In this document: positions 9,291-19,232 of the stretch, one piece after another
Layout of the letters: every line of letters begins with the position of its first letter
Position numbering within the stretch: the first letter of the stretch is position 1
Assembly: GCA_964513145.1 (NCBI GenBank)
Contig: CAZELK010000001.1
Location: forward strand, 1-64,000
Length of the DNA stretch: 64,000 bases
Source of the DNA: Candidatus Woesearchaeota archaeon
GTDB lineage: Archaea; Nanobdellota; Nanobdellia; SCGC-AAA011-G17; JACPIM01
Direction of reading: 5' to 3'
Program-made: the position numbers and the translations under genes
The notes under the pieces: model-generated
The model's input: the letters and a program-made list of their open reading frames with translations, nothing else
What the model was told of the DNA's origin: nothing
The model's database searches: none

Positions 9291-10028
9291 ATGGACATAA
9301 GTAGCTTGAAGACTGAAATAATCGTGGAATCAAATAAGTACAGGATAGGTCAGAAGCTCCTTAGGGTTCAGAAGCAGAGCGAAGGATCAGCCACTAAGAT
9401 AACCAAAATAAAGGGCATTAACGGAGCCGTTGTTCCCGCATTGGGATCTGCTCCACTTTCTCTTTTAGACGTTGAATCAGTCATAGTATTTCCTCTGACA
9501 CTAAAGAGAGCAATTCTTTTTTCTGCAGAGAATTTTGAAGACAATGCGTTAAATGAGATTTTTCAGAAATCATTGCAGGAGACATTTCATTTTGCTCAGA
9601 TTGAGAACAAGCTTGTTGTTGACACCCTCATTGCAGGAGCTGGCAAAACCATTGCTTCTCAAAGCAAGCCCAATGTTCGGGAAATTCCGATCCTTGACAA
9701 CTTCATTGAAGCAATCAAATTTATTGAAGAGAACAGGTATCACCCTGACAAGATTCTCATCAATCCAGGAATAGCTGAATCATTAAGGCAAAGAGATGAA
9801 CTCAAAGAGAAACTCATATCTTATGCTATCGAAGTGCTTGTCGAATCAAGTGTTCCTTCTGGTGCGGTTGTTGTTCTTGATTCTCAGCATGCTGGGATAA
9901 TGATAGAACGAATCCCTTTAGAAATTGAGGATTACGCTGATCCTTGGAAAGGATTGAGAGGTTTTATTCTCAGAGAAAGAGTCGTGCCAGTCGTCATCAA
10001 TGGAAATGCAGTGGCGGTGATATCATAA
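9291..10028 (+). CDS. Second, paralogous capsid-like protein
   Basis: Aligns by eye to the MCP: RIGQKLLRVQKQSEGSATKITK vs RVGRKILRVITLSEGSALKIPK, and ERVVPVVINGNAVA vs ERVAPAVLDDNAVA. Confidence 0.75.
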   Translation: MDISSLKTEIIVESNKYRIGQKLLRVQKQSEGSATKITKIKGINGAVVPALGSAPLSLLDVESVIVFPLTLKRAILFSAENFEDNALNEIFQKSLQETFHFAQIENKLVVDTLIAGAGKTIASQSKPNVREIPILDNFIEAIKFIEENRYHPDKILINPGIAESLRQRDELKEKLISYAIEVLVESSVPSGAVVVLDSQHAGIMIERIPLEIEDYADPWKGLRGFILRERVVPVVINGNAVAVIS

Positions 10029-10597
10029 TGGGAATGGATATCGAACTTCTGCAAGAGTTGAAAGCAGTCATTGCTGAACTCAAGTCATTTATCAGCACGC
10101 TGAAAATAGAGCAGGATGGAAGCATAAATACAAACATGACAGGAATTATAAATGTTGAATCAGTCTCAATCGCTGATCCTGTAAACCAGAATCAAAAAGC
10201 ATTAGTTGATAGTTCAGGAAGACTTCTTGTATCTACACCACCCCCAACACCTCCACCAAATACGACTCCTATAATTTTGACTGGTTTCGGCGCTGTTTCA
10301 GGAAATTCAGACTCCTTGCATGTGATCACACCAGGCAAGAAACTCGTTATTGGAAGATTACTTGCAGGAGCAGAAGAGATGACTAAAGCAGGAAGAATAA
10401 CCCTCTATGAAAATCCTGACGGGAATAATATCACCCTGAACCTTGTGGCAACATTGTATGTCAATGGCAGTTCTGATGTTGCAGACTTATCTGAAACATT
10501 TCAAGGTAACGGAACAAGACGAATGGTGCTGAGAAGAACTAATTTGGGTGGCGGTAGCAAGGAGCTGTTTGCACGCTTTGAAGGATACGAGGAATAA
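10028..10597 (+). CDS. Putative virion structural protein
   Basis: TAATG coupling to the upstream gene, Pro-rich linker, beta-rich C-terminus. Confidence 0.55.
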   Translation: MGMDIELLQELKAVIAELKSFISTLKIEQDGSINTNMTGIINVESVSIADPVNQNQKALVDSSGRLLVSTPPPTPPPNTTPIILTGFGAVSGNSDSLHVITPGKKLVIGRLLAGAEEMTKAGRITLYENPDGNNITLNLVATLYVNGSSDVADLSETFQGNGTRRMVLRRTNLGGGSKELFARFEGYEE

Positions 10598-10599
10598 GA

Positions 10600-10836
10600 A
10601 TGGCAACTGTCCAAGAAACATTATCAAGCATCGAGAACAAGACAGGACATATTCCAGGTTCATTGATAGTTCATAGCATGGACGAAAAAGGAGCAGTAAT
10701 CAAATGGCTTGAAGATAATGCAGGAGCTGCTGAAAGAAAAAAGATGTTCCTTCAGCTTGATCCTAATGAGAAGGATTTGGCATTCGAACAAAGGACAACT
10801 ATACTCATGATAGACGTCGAGCCTGCAGGTGGTTAA
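10600..10836 (+). CDS. Hypothetical viral protein
   Basis: Tightly packed in the operon. Confidence 0.55.
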   Translation: MATVQETLSSIENKTGHIPGSLIVHSMDEKGAVIKWLEDNAGAAERKKMFLQLDPNEKDLAFEQRTTILMIDVEPAGG

Positions 10837-10838
10837 AA

Positions 10839-10994
10839 GTGGCAAATTGGAAGTACAAAGTTGTAAGCAAAAGGATCAAAGACATTTCAGAAGAAGCTCT
10901 CGATACATTAGGAAATAATGGATGGGAACTCATATTCATGAGTCAGTTATGGAACGGCAAAATCATTGCTGTATTCAAAAAAGAAAAACCTTGA
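10839..10994 (+). CDS. DUF4177-like small protein (GTG start; not in track)
   Basis: WKYKVV...LDTLGNNGWELI motif, GGTGG RBS. Confidence 0.7.
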   Translation: MANWKYKVVSKRIKDISEEALDTLGNNGWELIFMSQLWNGKIIAVFKKEKP

Positions 10995-11004
10995 GGTGAA
11001 AAAC

Positions 11005-11226
11005 ATGGCAAATAAAACACAAGAATACGATTGGAAGCTTAGGCTAAAACTTGGCCTGAAGAGATTCCTGAAAGGATTTGCAGCTACAATGCTGGTCGCA
11101 GGAGTTCAGTACGGAGTGCAATTTGTTCAATCAAGCCCTGACCTGTTCCCACAAGAATCTGCACTTGCAGGTATCTTGATATCAGGATTGCTTGCTTTAG
11201 AGAAAGCTCTTCAAAAGCAGAAGTAA
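11005..11226 (+). CDS. Small membrane protein, holin-like
   Basis: Two hydrophobic segments, basic ends, GAGGTG RBS. Confidence 0.5.
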   Translation: MANKTQEYDWKLRLKLGLKRFLKGFAATMLVAGVQYGVQFVQSSPDLFPQESALAGILISGLLALEKALQKQK

Positions 11227-11227
11227 C

Positions 11228-11710
11228 ATGGTACAAAAAGAATATTCGACAGTGGCAATAGTAAAAGCCAGAGTGGGAGAAACCCATATCGACTCTGACA
11301 TTCAAGATAGTGAGATCACTCAATGGATCAGAGAAGCAAGTAATTTCATCGACGTTAGCACCAAGAAAGTTGGAACTGGCTTCGAGGAGACTGATGCCCT
11401 CTATCCATTAATTCAACAGATTGTGACAGATCTGGCAGTGATTAAGCTATTGCTGAGAATGAACACTACTGGCAAAGAAACCACAGCAGGATTGTCTTAC
11501 AGAATTGGAGACTTTTCTGTCGATAAGAAAAACATAGAGTCTTCTTCTGTCAAGGAGATAGTGATCTATGAGAAAAGTGCCAAAGACAGTCTTGAAACAC
11601 TGAAAGAATATTTAGGGATTAATAGCGGAGGATTTGTTGGGGGATCAGTAGTTCGTGGAGTTCCTGCTCCAAGCACTAATTACGGAAGCAATGACCCTCA
11701 GCAACCATAA
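11228..11710 (+). CDS. Head-tail adaptor-like protein
   Basis: YSTVAIVKARVG...ITQWIREASNFID pattern and position. Confidence 0.6.
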   Translation: MVQKEYSTVAIVKARVGETHIDSDIQDSEITQWIREASNFIDVSTKKVGTGFEETDALYPLIQQIVTDLAVIKLLLRMNTTGKETTAGLSYRIGDFSVDKKNIESSSVKEIVIYEKSAKDSLETLKEYLGINSGGFVGGSVVRGVPAPSTNYGSNDPQQP

Positions 11711-11713
11711 ACG

Positions 11714-12088
11714 ATGGATATCAACTCGGAAGATTTCAACAGAATAGTCGACTTTGACATAGGTGTAAATGTAACTCTCAGACGAAAGACCCAAACGATT
11801 GATCCTGACTACGGAAGCCTTGTATCTGATTCACATGAAGATCATTCCATCAAATTAGTCTGGCAAGAAGTAACAGGAGAAGAGGAAAATTTCCGACCAG
11901 AAGGAGAGTTTAAGATTGGCGACATTAAATGCTATGCCAAAGATTCTTATGAAAACGAAACTCTAATCCCGGATAGCAAAACTGATTCTATTCTTAAAGA
12001 GGGGGTAGAATATAAAATTGTCAAGTCCACAGCAAGAACAGTGGGAGATATCATCATCTATCGTCTCTTGCAGTTGCGACTAAAATAA
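11714..12088 (+). CDS. Head closure-like protein
   Basis: VTLRRK...GD..CY...D.I..EGVEYKIV beta-barrel pattern and position. Confidence 0.6.
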   Translation: MDINSEDFNRIVDFDIGVNVTLRRKTQTIDPDYGSLVSDSHEDHSIKLVWQEVTGEEENFRPEGEFKIGDIKCYAKDSYENETLIPDSKTDSILKEGVEYKIVKSTARTVGDIIIYRLLQLRLK

Positions 12089-12109
12089 TATTAAGAAAAA
12101 AACAGATTT
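12080..12109 (+). promoter_or_regulatory. Viral late-promoter-like motif, copy 2
   Basis: Exact 30-bp match to 6607-6636. Confidence 0.7.
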
Positions 12110-12118
12110 CTGAATTGT

Positions 12119-12481
12119 ATGGTTAAGATCAAAGTCATAAGCCCAGACCTCGCAAAACTGGGCAAAAAGGTTGCTGATCTTAATGACAAGGGTTTCAAGA
12201 AAGACGTGCATGAAGGAATCAGGAAAGTGCTTCCTTTGATTCACAGGGATGCTGTCCTGAATGCCCCTAAAAAAACAGGGCTGCTATCAGCATCGCTTCA
12301 TGTCGGCTTTGAAGATGAAACCACAGGATACATTGCAGACGGAGTTTTTTATGGTGTGTTCCAAGAGGAAGGCACTCGATATATAGCTCCCAAGCATTTC
12401 ATGCGTAATGCTGTCAATAAGAATTTCCCAAGTGTGGGAAAAGAAGTCACAACAATCGTGAAGAAGCACTTCAACCAATGA
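12119..12481 (+). CDS. HK97 gp10-like tail/neck protein
   Basis: APKKTGLLSAS, YGVFQEEGT, PKHFMRNAV. Confidence 0.8.
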   Translation: MVKIKVISPDLAKLGKKVADLNDKGFKKDVHEGIRKVLPLIHRDAVLNAPKKTGLLSASLHVGFEDETTGYIADGVFYGVFQEEGTRYIAPKHFMRNAVNKNFPSVGKEVTTIVKKHFNQ

Positions 12482-12514
12482 AGGCATCTCTTCAAGAGCG
12501 AGGAGGCCAAACGA

Positions 12515-12976
12515 ATGGATAAAGAACCGATCATCATAGTGCAGGATCTCCTGAGAGGTCAGCTGTATGATTACAATACTTCTCGTTCTGGCGAATGGAT
12601 ATATCCTGATTTCCCAAAAATCAACTTGAGCAATAATTCCTATCCCAGGGTTTCAGTAACAGACTCGGATGAGCCAGCAAGAAAGTTCAGTGTTGGCACA
12701 AAATCTGAGATGCAGACCGTTGATATTGACATCAACATCTGGGTGAAAAACGGCATCATTTACGAGCGGAACAGTGAGCAGTTTGAAGGTGCAAAACTGA
12801 GAGACGCAATAGCTCGTGAAATAGTGGATGCGATAAGATTGAATCAGGATGCATTAGCCGCATCAGGGTTGCATAATTACGAGAGAATCGGGATGAAGAC
12901 GATAAACTCCGAGATAACAGAAGGACTGTTGAGAAAACAGATTACTGTGCGGTTTTCAAGGCCAGTAATCATATAA
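12515..12976 (+). CDS. Tail terminator-like protein
   Basis: YPRVSV, VDIDINIW pattern, immediately before the tail tube gene. Confidence 0.6.
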   Translation: MDKEPIIIVQDLLRGQLYDYNTSRSGEWIYPDFPKINLSNNSYPRVSVTDSDEPARKFSVGTKSEMQTVDIDINIWVKNGIIYERNSEQFEGAKLRDAIAREIVDAIRLNQDALAASGLHNYERIGMKTINSEITEGLLRKQITVRFSRPVII

Positions 12977-12999
12977 AAAAACAAGGAGGATGAATCAAA

Positions 13000-13151
13000 A
13001 TGGCCATATTTTTTGGAACGCAAGGTTCGATCACGATTGACACTGTTCAATCAAAGAACATAACCGAGTGGAGTCTGTCAACAAGTGCAGATGTCGAGCA
13101 AATCAAGACCATAGGTAACTTCACTATTTTTGATGAGAAACCGTTGGGCTT
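13000..13151 (+). pseudogene. Tail tube protein, N-terminal fragment only
   Basis: MAIFFGTQGSITID...ITEWSLSTSADVEQIKTIG with AGGAGG RBS, then runs into hsdR sequence out of frame. Confidence 0.6.
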
Positions 13152-14807
13152 GCTCGAGGGAAGCAAAATAATCTTAGCTTCTTTGCATTTACAGCAACAC
13201 CTAAAAATAAAACCCTCGAAGTCTTTGGCCATAAAAAGAATAACAGACCGTATCCGTTTCATCTTTATTCAATGCGGCAAGCCATAGAAGAAGGATTCAT
13301 TTTGGATGTCCTAAAAAATTATACTACATATAAAACTTATTTCAAATTGTCGAAAGAGATTGAAGATGACCCTAAAATGAACAAGAAGAAAGCTGCCAGA
13401 GCAATAGCTAGGTTTTTGACTTTGCACCCCCATAATCTCGCACAAAAAACAGAGGTTATGGTAGAGCATTTTAGACGGGTTGTTATGCATAAAATAGGTG
13501 GAAAAGCAAAGGCTATGGTGGTAACTGCATCAAGGCTTCATGCGGTAAGATACTATCAAGAATTTAATAAATACATCAAAGAAAAAGGTTACACTGATAT
13601 CAAGACACTTGTTGCTTTCTCGGGTGTTGTGAAAGATGAATTTGATAATGAATTCAAAGAAACTATCCTTAATGGATTTAAAGAGAAAGAGTTACCCGAT
13701 AAGTTTAATACAAATGAGTATCAAATACTGCTCGTGGCAGAGAAATATCAGACAGGTTATGACCAACCATTGCTTCACACGATGTATGTTGATAAAAAGC
13801 TATCTGGAGTAAAAGCAGTGCAAACTCTTTCAAGGCTCAATAGAATATGTACTGGAAAAGAAGATACATTCATTCTTGATTTTGCCAATACTGAGGAAGA
13901 AATAGTTCAATCCTTCCAACCATATTATGAAATCACGACAGTAGATGAGATCACAAGTCCAAATAGATTATACGATTTAAAGAATGTGCTTGACCAGATG
14001 AGAATATACACCACCCAGGAAATCGACAATTTTGCAGGAGTGTTCTTTAAACCAAAAGAAAAATACACTATAAAAGATCACGCACAACTCAATGCATACA
14101 TTGACCCTGCAGTTGATAGATTTAAGGCAATCGATGATGAAAACGCAAAAGAAGATTTCAAACACACTTTAATAGTATTTCTAAGGACATACTCGTTCTT
14201 GTCCCAGGTTATGCCTTTCAATGATGCAGAACTTGAAAAGTTCTTTGCATATGGAAAACTACTATCAAATAAACTTCCAAAAAGACAGCTCGGAGAACAA
14301 TTCAAACTAAATGACGAAGTGGCTCTTGAATATTATAGACTTCAAAAAATCAAAGAAGGTAACATCACACTTGAAAAAGGAAAAGCTGGAGAACTAAAAT
14401 CTTCAAAAGAAGCAGGCATCAGAAAAGAGAAGGAAGAAAAAGCCAAACTCTCCGAGATAATTGACATATTGAATGAAAGGTTTGGAACAGACTTTGCGGA
14501 AGCTGATAAGCTATTCTTTGACCAAATAGAAGCAGAACTTGTTGCAGATGACAAACTGTCTCAGCAGGCACAAAGTAATAATCTTGAAAACTTTAAATTC
14601 GGATTTGATGACGTATTTTTTAACAAATTGGTCGAAAGAATGGATCAGAATCAGGATATCTTCAAAAAGATTAATGATGATAAGGCTTTTGCTGCAGTTG
14701 TCAAAGATTATATGCTTAAAAAAGTCTATAACCGACTTAAAGAAGATGAGGGTAAGCTGAAAAAATATTTGAATCTGGGGGTAAATCAAAATGAACGAAC
14801 AAATTGA
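13152..14807 (+). pseudogene. hsdR: Type I restriction enzyme R subunit, 5'-truncated
   Basis: Frame reads ARGKQNNLSFFAFTATPKNKTLEVFG...YSMRQAIEEGFILDVL and KYQTGYDQP. In-frame TGA at 13134-13136. Nuclease and Walker A regions are missing. Confidence 0.85.
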
Positions 14808-16308
14808 AATAAAGGCAGAATTGCCAAAATATATAGAGATAGGCGAGATCTCTTCAGACGAATCAACACCTAACTTTGAAAAGTTTAGGTTTAAAGCATT
14901 CCATGATAAATCAGTTACACCAGGATCTGTTGTAGCTGTTGAAATCGGAAAAGATAAGCTGCTGCTTGGAAGAGTTGAAGCGTCTCATGAACATAACCCC
15001 CATTATTCCCCTGAACAATTAAGTGTAAAACATTCCTTGAAGGTCAACCCAGATCATCCAGGAGAAGAGTATTCTTTTACTGTTTACAGATTATATGAGG
15101 TTAATGTTATGGACGAAATCCATCACATCAATGGAAAGTGGGTTACTCGTCCTGCAGAAGTGTTGCCAAAAGCTGGATTAAAAGTAGTTATCCCTCCTCA
15201 AGATTTTATATTCCCTCTGTTAGGATTAGATTCAACTCCTGAAAAAGGTCTTAAAATAGGGACTCTTGCTTCGTCTTTAGCTGGAGAAAAAGATACGCCC
15301 ATCATTCTCAAAAGAGAAACGATTCAAAGGCACGTCTTCATCGGAGGGACAACGGGTGGAGGAAAGTCTTACGCTTCAAAAGTATTGGCTGAAGAACTTC
15401 ATAGACACAAATTGCCGATTATCTTTTTTGATACGCAGTATGAGTTTGTTCCAATTGTTGAAGCGTTGAACGGAACTATCCTTGAGCCAGGAAGAAATTT
15501 TACAGTGAGATTATCATCACTCACGCCTGATGAGATTAGGCAATTGATACCAACAATCGCCCATGAGCAGCATGTAAACATATTAACAAATGCTTTCCTG
15601 AACCTAAAATCATCTGGAAATAATTTTGGATTTGAAGAATTGATTGCTGAAGTCGATACAGTGGCCAATTCAATGAACGCACGAAATGCATCTGCAATAA
15701 TGGGCCCAAGAATTAGATACACTTTAAGTTCGTATAATTTCTTAGGTGATGATTTCAATTGGAAAGATAACCTTAAACCTGGCAGTTTGATTGCCATAAA
15801 TTGCAGGGGAGTAGACAGACAAAGGCTGCAGTTAATATTGGCTGCAACTTTAAGAGAGCTGCAATCATTAAGAAAAGCTAAACACATACTTCCATACACA
15901 GTGATGGTGGATGAAGCACATCTTTTTGTTCCAAACGATGAGGAAACTGCCTGCAAACAAATCATTCGAGAAGGAGTGCGTATTGGAAGGCATTATGGGA
16001 TTAGTTTTGTTTTGATAACTCAGAGTCCCATTGATATAGACAAGAAAGCAATCAGACAATGTAACACTCGTTTGTTGTTTGCTATTGAGCCAGATCAGTT
16101 GATGGCATTACAAGGCGTGAGGTCTGATGCAACGCCAGATATGCTAAATAAACTGCCTAAGTCTCCAGTAGGAACTTGCATCTTATCTGGAACATATGAA
16201 ACAGTTAAGCATGCTGTGCTTGTAAGAATAAGATTATTGGAAACAAAAGAATCAGATGGAGGACAAGCTCCTGACATCTTCAACGAAGTTGAGAAACATG
16301 GCCAGTGA
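14791..16308 (+). CDS. herA: HerA-family ATPase/translocase with N-terminal HAS-barrel-like domain
   Basis: HVFIGGTTGGGKS, VMVDEAH, GRHYG..ITQSP. Confidence 0.85.
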   Translation: MNEQIEIKAELPKYIEIGEISSDESTPNFEKFRFKAFHDKSVTPGSVVAVEIGKDKLLLGRVEASHEHNPHYSPEQLSVKHSLKVNPDHPGEEYSFTVYRLYEVNVMDEIHHINGKWVTRPAEVLPKAGLKVVIPPQDFIFPLLGLDSTPEKGLKIGTLASSLAGEKDTPIILKRETIQRHVFIGGTTGGGKSYASKVLAEELHRHKLPIIFFDTQYEFVPIVEALNGTILEPGRNFTVRLSSLTPDEIRQLIPTIAHEQHVNILTNAFLNLKSSGNNFGFEELIAEVDTVANSMNARNASAIMGPRIRYTLSSYNFLGDDFNWKDNLKPGSLIAINCRGVDRQRLQLILAATLRELQSLRKAKHILPYTVMVDEAHLFVPNDEETACKQIIREGVRIGRHYGISFVLITQSPIDIDKKAIRQCNTRLLFAIEPDQLMALQGVRSDATPDMLNKLPKSPVGTCILSGTYETVKHAVLVRIRLLETKESDGGQAPDIFNEVEKHGQ

Positions 16309-17911
16309 ACATACTCCCCAAAATTTAGAACTCGATGAGAAAAAGATTTCTTACGAAGAAATCTTATCAAGAGCCCAAGTAGAGAGGCTATACGATTCTT
16401 CTATTAATGAGACCGCAAAAGTGCTTTACAGCGCAAGTTTCTTGGAAGACGGGAAAGATATAATCAAGGATGCAAAAGAGAGACTCTTGAAAGAGGATCC
16501 ACGAAAATTGTTCCTTAACTGTATCAAATATATAGTTGATAATATCCAAAGAAGTCAGCAATCGAGAAAATATTTTTGGGTTGAGAAACTTGATGTTTTA
16601 GCTATTCGTGGCTTGGGAATCAAAATTGATGATCTTGAATTTATGGGAAAAGATTCAAACAATATTTTCAGAGCACAACCAAAATGGGATAAAATTGAAG
16701 AGCATATCAATAAGGTCGTTCTAGGAAAAACATTTATTGAGGAAGTTTCAGTGCCAAGTGATACAGAGTTATGGGGGGATGAATTCCCTCTTAGGATGAG
16801 TTCTTGCGATGCTTCACAACACCGACTAAAATTAACAGTCCCTTTTTTTAACATAAATTTTTCAACACCAATAATAGTCAATAATGCTGCAGGAGTCGTC
16901 AAAGAAAGAAAGCAAGACCGCCCCGAATGGTTAAATATTGTCGTACCGAAGAATACTCAAGATTTTGAGGATTGGGTTATTATCGGATACGAAGATTACA
17001 CTAATTTAAGTGAGGGAGATTATGAATGGGCTGCAAAAGCAGCAATGGATGTGGGACAGTATTTTGTAGAAGAAGTCTATATTCTCCCGTATGGAGGCGC
17101 TGCAAAGAGACCAGATATTCATTTGCGTGATGGTAGGGCATTTCCACAGGATAAAGCAATGAATTGCAAGCTGCAAAATAGGCATGGCCAATTAACAAGA
17201 GAGTCTATTTGGAGGATGTGTACAACCCTCAAAAAAGCTAAAGAACTTAATGTGATCTATTGCGGTGTTTCGAAAAATGTGCAATTGAAAATATTCAGTA
17301 CAATAATCGACTGGTATATTCGAGAGGTCATGAAAGAAGAAAAATGGAATTCAACAGGACATGTTCTCTCAGATACTGATGTTATGAGATACTTTTTACA
17401 TAACCAAAAGTTTGACAGCACATTCAAGAACATCTATGTTACCTGCAAAGTGATCAGATCGTTTTATACAACATCAAACTTCAATGCAAGGACTGACCAT
17501 CAATTTCAGAATGATTTAAACTCATTGGGAGGAATATATCATAACAGAGATCTCTCTGCGAAACAAATCGTTGAAGAAGCACTGAAATACAAAGTCGCCA
17601 TGTTTTTTGCTGGGCATACAAACAGCAACGAGTATTATATCCCTCGATATGAATTTGTTATGTACGATGAGGACGTCGATAAGGTAGACAAAATTGTATT
17701 AAAAATATTATCTGCCCTTAGATTGGGTTCATTCCTGGTCGATTCTGATCATATGAGAGATATGGAAAAGCCAATATTGATTCCAGTACCAATGAATTAC
17801 TCACATGATCTCAGCAAAGCTATGGGCAATATTCTCGCTAAAGATTGGGTAAATAGAACATATGCTGAATTTGTAAAGTTAATTAGGAATAGACCAAATA
17901 ATAACACGTGA
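16298..17911 (+). CDS. nurA: NurA-like nuclease with N-terminal extension
   Basis: SCDAS, LRDG, GVSK and C-terminal PVP..YSH..SK correspond to NurA motifs. Overlaps the herA stop. Confidence 0.6.
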   Translation: MASEHTPQNLELDEKKISYEEILSRAQVERLYDSSINETAKVLYSASFLEDGKDIIKDAKERLLKEDPRKLFLNCIKYIVDNIQRSQQSRKYFWVEKLDVLAIRGLGIKIDDLEFMGKDSNNIFRAQPKWDKIEEHINKVVLGKTFIEEVSVPSDTELWGDEFPLRMSSCDASQHRLKLTVPFFNINFSTPIIVNNAAGVVKERKQDRPEWLNIVVPKNTQDFEDWVIIGYEDYTNLSEGDYEWAAKAAMDVGQYFVEEVYILPYGGAAKRPDIHLRDGRAFPQDKAMNCKLQNRHGQLTRESIWRMCTTLKKAKELNVIYCGVSKNVQLKIFSTIIDWYIREVMKEEKWNSTGHVLSDTDVMRYFLHNQKFDSTFKNIYVTCKVIRSFYTTSNFNARTDHQFQNDLNSLGGIYHNRDLSAKQIVEEALKYKVAMFFAGHTNSNEYYIPRYEFVMYDEDVDKVDKIVLKILSALRLGSFLVDSDHMRDMEKPILIPVPMNYSHDLSKAMGNILAKDWVNRTYAEFVKLIRNRPNNNT

Positions 17912-17914
17912 AGA

Positions 17915-18955
17915 TTAATCGGCAATGAATAACATCTCTTTTGTACTTCCATTGCTGAGAGCATACTTATAATCTTTCATCTTAATTGTGGGACGCTTAC
18001 CTTTATGCTTCACAATGATATCAACAATTTCTTTTTTAGTAGGAATACCATCATTTCTATACGATAAGACGATGATGCTGTCTTTGAAGTGTTCAATCAT
18101 TTTATCGAACAAATCAATTATTTGTTCACGATCTAACCATCTGCTAATCTTCTTATTTTCAACCATTTTTTTTAGTGAAGAGGAATGATCTATTTTTCCA
18201 CTCCATTTTTTATAATCATTTAACCCCTCGAGGAAATGATAATAGGCATGATAATTTATTCTGCTATTTTTTGATAAGTAAGGCGGGTCAAGGTACACAA
18301 GGTCAACTTTGTTCGGAAGGTTGAACACGTCCTTTCCTCCAATGACAGTATTCTCTTTTCCATTATCAAAAACTGCTCTATTATACTCATCCACAAATTT
18401 GGTAAAATGAACGAGAAAAGGTGTATCCCATGACACTTTATTTCCAAAATTACGAGGCACATCATTCATTCGTAGACTCAAATTGTTTCGATGGAACAAA
18501 TTGAATGGTCTCTTGATTAAGCACGCTTGAAACAAAGCCGACAATGCTATTGCTCGTTTGTACTTATTCTTGATTTGATGTATGTTTGTTATTGTTTTAT
18601 CCAGCCAATCATTCTCTTTCCTTGTAAAGTATATTTTATTGAAGGTATCCCGAATAAATGTTGGATATTGAATATCATCTCTTTTCTTTAAGATATCAAT
18701 AATATCCTCTTCTGTGAGAATAGTCCTTTTATTCTCTATGAGAGCCAAACCAATTTGTTTATTGAAATTCAGAACATCGTTATAATAAACAGTTTTTCCA
18801 TTCTTTTTGAAAAGATAACCGACACTTGAAGTTCCGCCAAAGGCATCCAGTACAGTCTCAAATTTTAAGTGCTTCGTGTTATCCCATATCCAATTAAGAA
18901 GCTTAACCTTGCTTCCGAGGAATCTCGTTGATGGAAAATTATAGATGTTGCTCAT
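17915..18955 (-). CDS. N6-adenine DNA methyltransferase (D12/Dam-like class)
   Basis: RFLGSK, DAFGGTSSV, YLDPPY. Confidence 0.9.
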   Translation of the reverse strand: MSNIYNFPSTRFLGSKVKLLNWIWDNTKHLKFETVLDAFGGTSSVGYLFKKNGKTVYYNDVLNFNKQIGLALIENKRTILTEEDIIDILKKRDDIQYPTFIRDTFNKIYFTRKENDWLDKTITNIHQIKNKYKRAIALSALFQACLIKRPFNLFHRNNLSLRMNDVPRNFGNKVSWDTPFLVHFTKFVDEYNRAVFDNGKENTVIGGKDVFNLPNKVDLVYLDPPYLSKNSRINYHAYYHFLEGLNDYKKWSGKIDHSSSLKKMVENKKISRWLDREQIIDLFDKMIEHFKDSIIVLSYRNDGIPTKKEIVDIIVKHKGKRPTIKMKDYKYALSNGSTKEMLFIAD

Positions 18956-19119
18956 TTTTTGTTTCTCTTAATCGTTTTGATCTCTTTTAGTACTAAATTG
19001 CCATTGTCATCCAATTGGATAAGTAGTTCAGTTCCTTTCTTCCATCCTGTGGCCCTCATGATGTTCTTCGGGATCGTAATTCCTGATTGTCCTTTGTTGG
19101 TTTCTTGGATTTTTACCAT
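18952..19119 (-). CDS. AbrB/MazE-like regulator (55 aa; not in track)
   Basis: GQSGITIPKNIMRATGWKKGTEL. ATGA overlap with the MTase start. Confidence 0.75.
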   Translation of the reverse strand: MVKIQETNKGQSGITIPKNIMRATGWKKGTELLIQLDDNGNLVLKEIKTIKRNKK

Positions 19120-19196
19120 TGGAATATTTCTTTAATATTTGATAACTATTTATCTAATAGTATTTAAATATTCCTATTTTGAAGGCTTATTTCTGA

Positions 19197-19215
19197 TAAA
19201 ATAATATTAAGAAAA
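19197..19215 (+). promoter_or_regulatory. Viral late-promoter-like motif, copy 3 (19-bp core)
   Basis: TAAAATAATATTAAGAAAA. Confidence 0.65.
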
Positions 19216-19232
19216 GAATGAACTCAGTCTGT

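Noticed and set aside
8433-10028. Encapsulin nanocompartment genes
   Set aside because: Flanking protease, scaffold, neck and tail genes indicate a virion module.
13153-13158. CTCGAG palindrome at the fusion junction as a cloning or restriction scar
   Set aside because: It is part of the ARG codons of hsdR, and a 6-mer is expected by chance.
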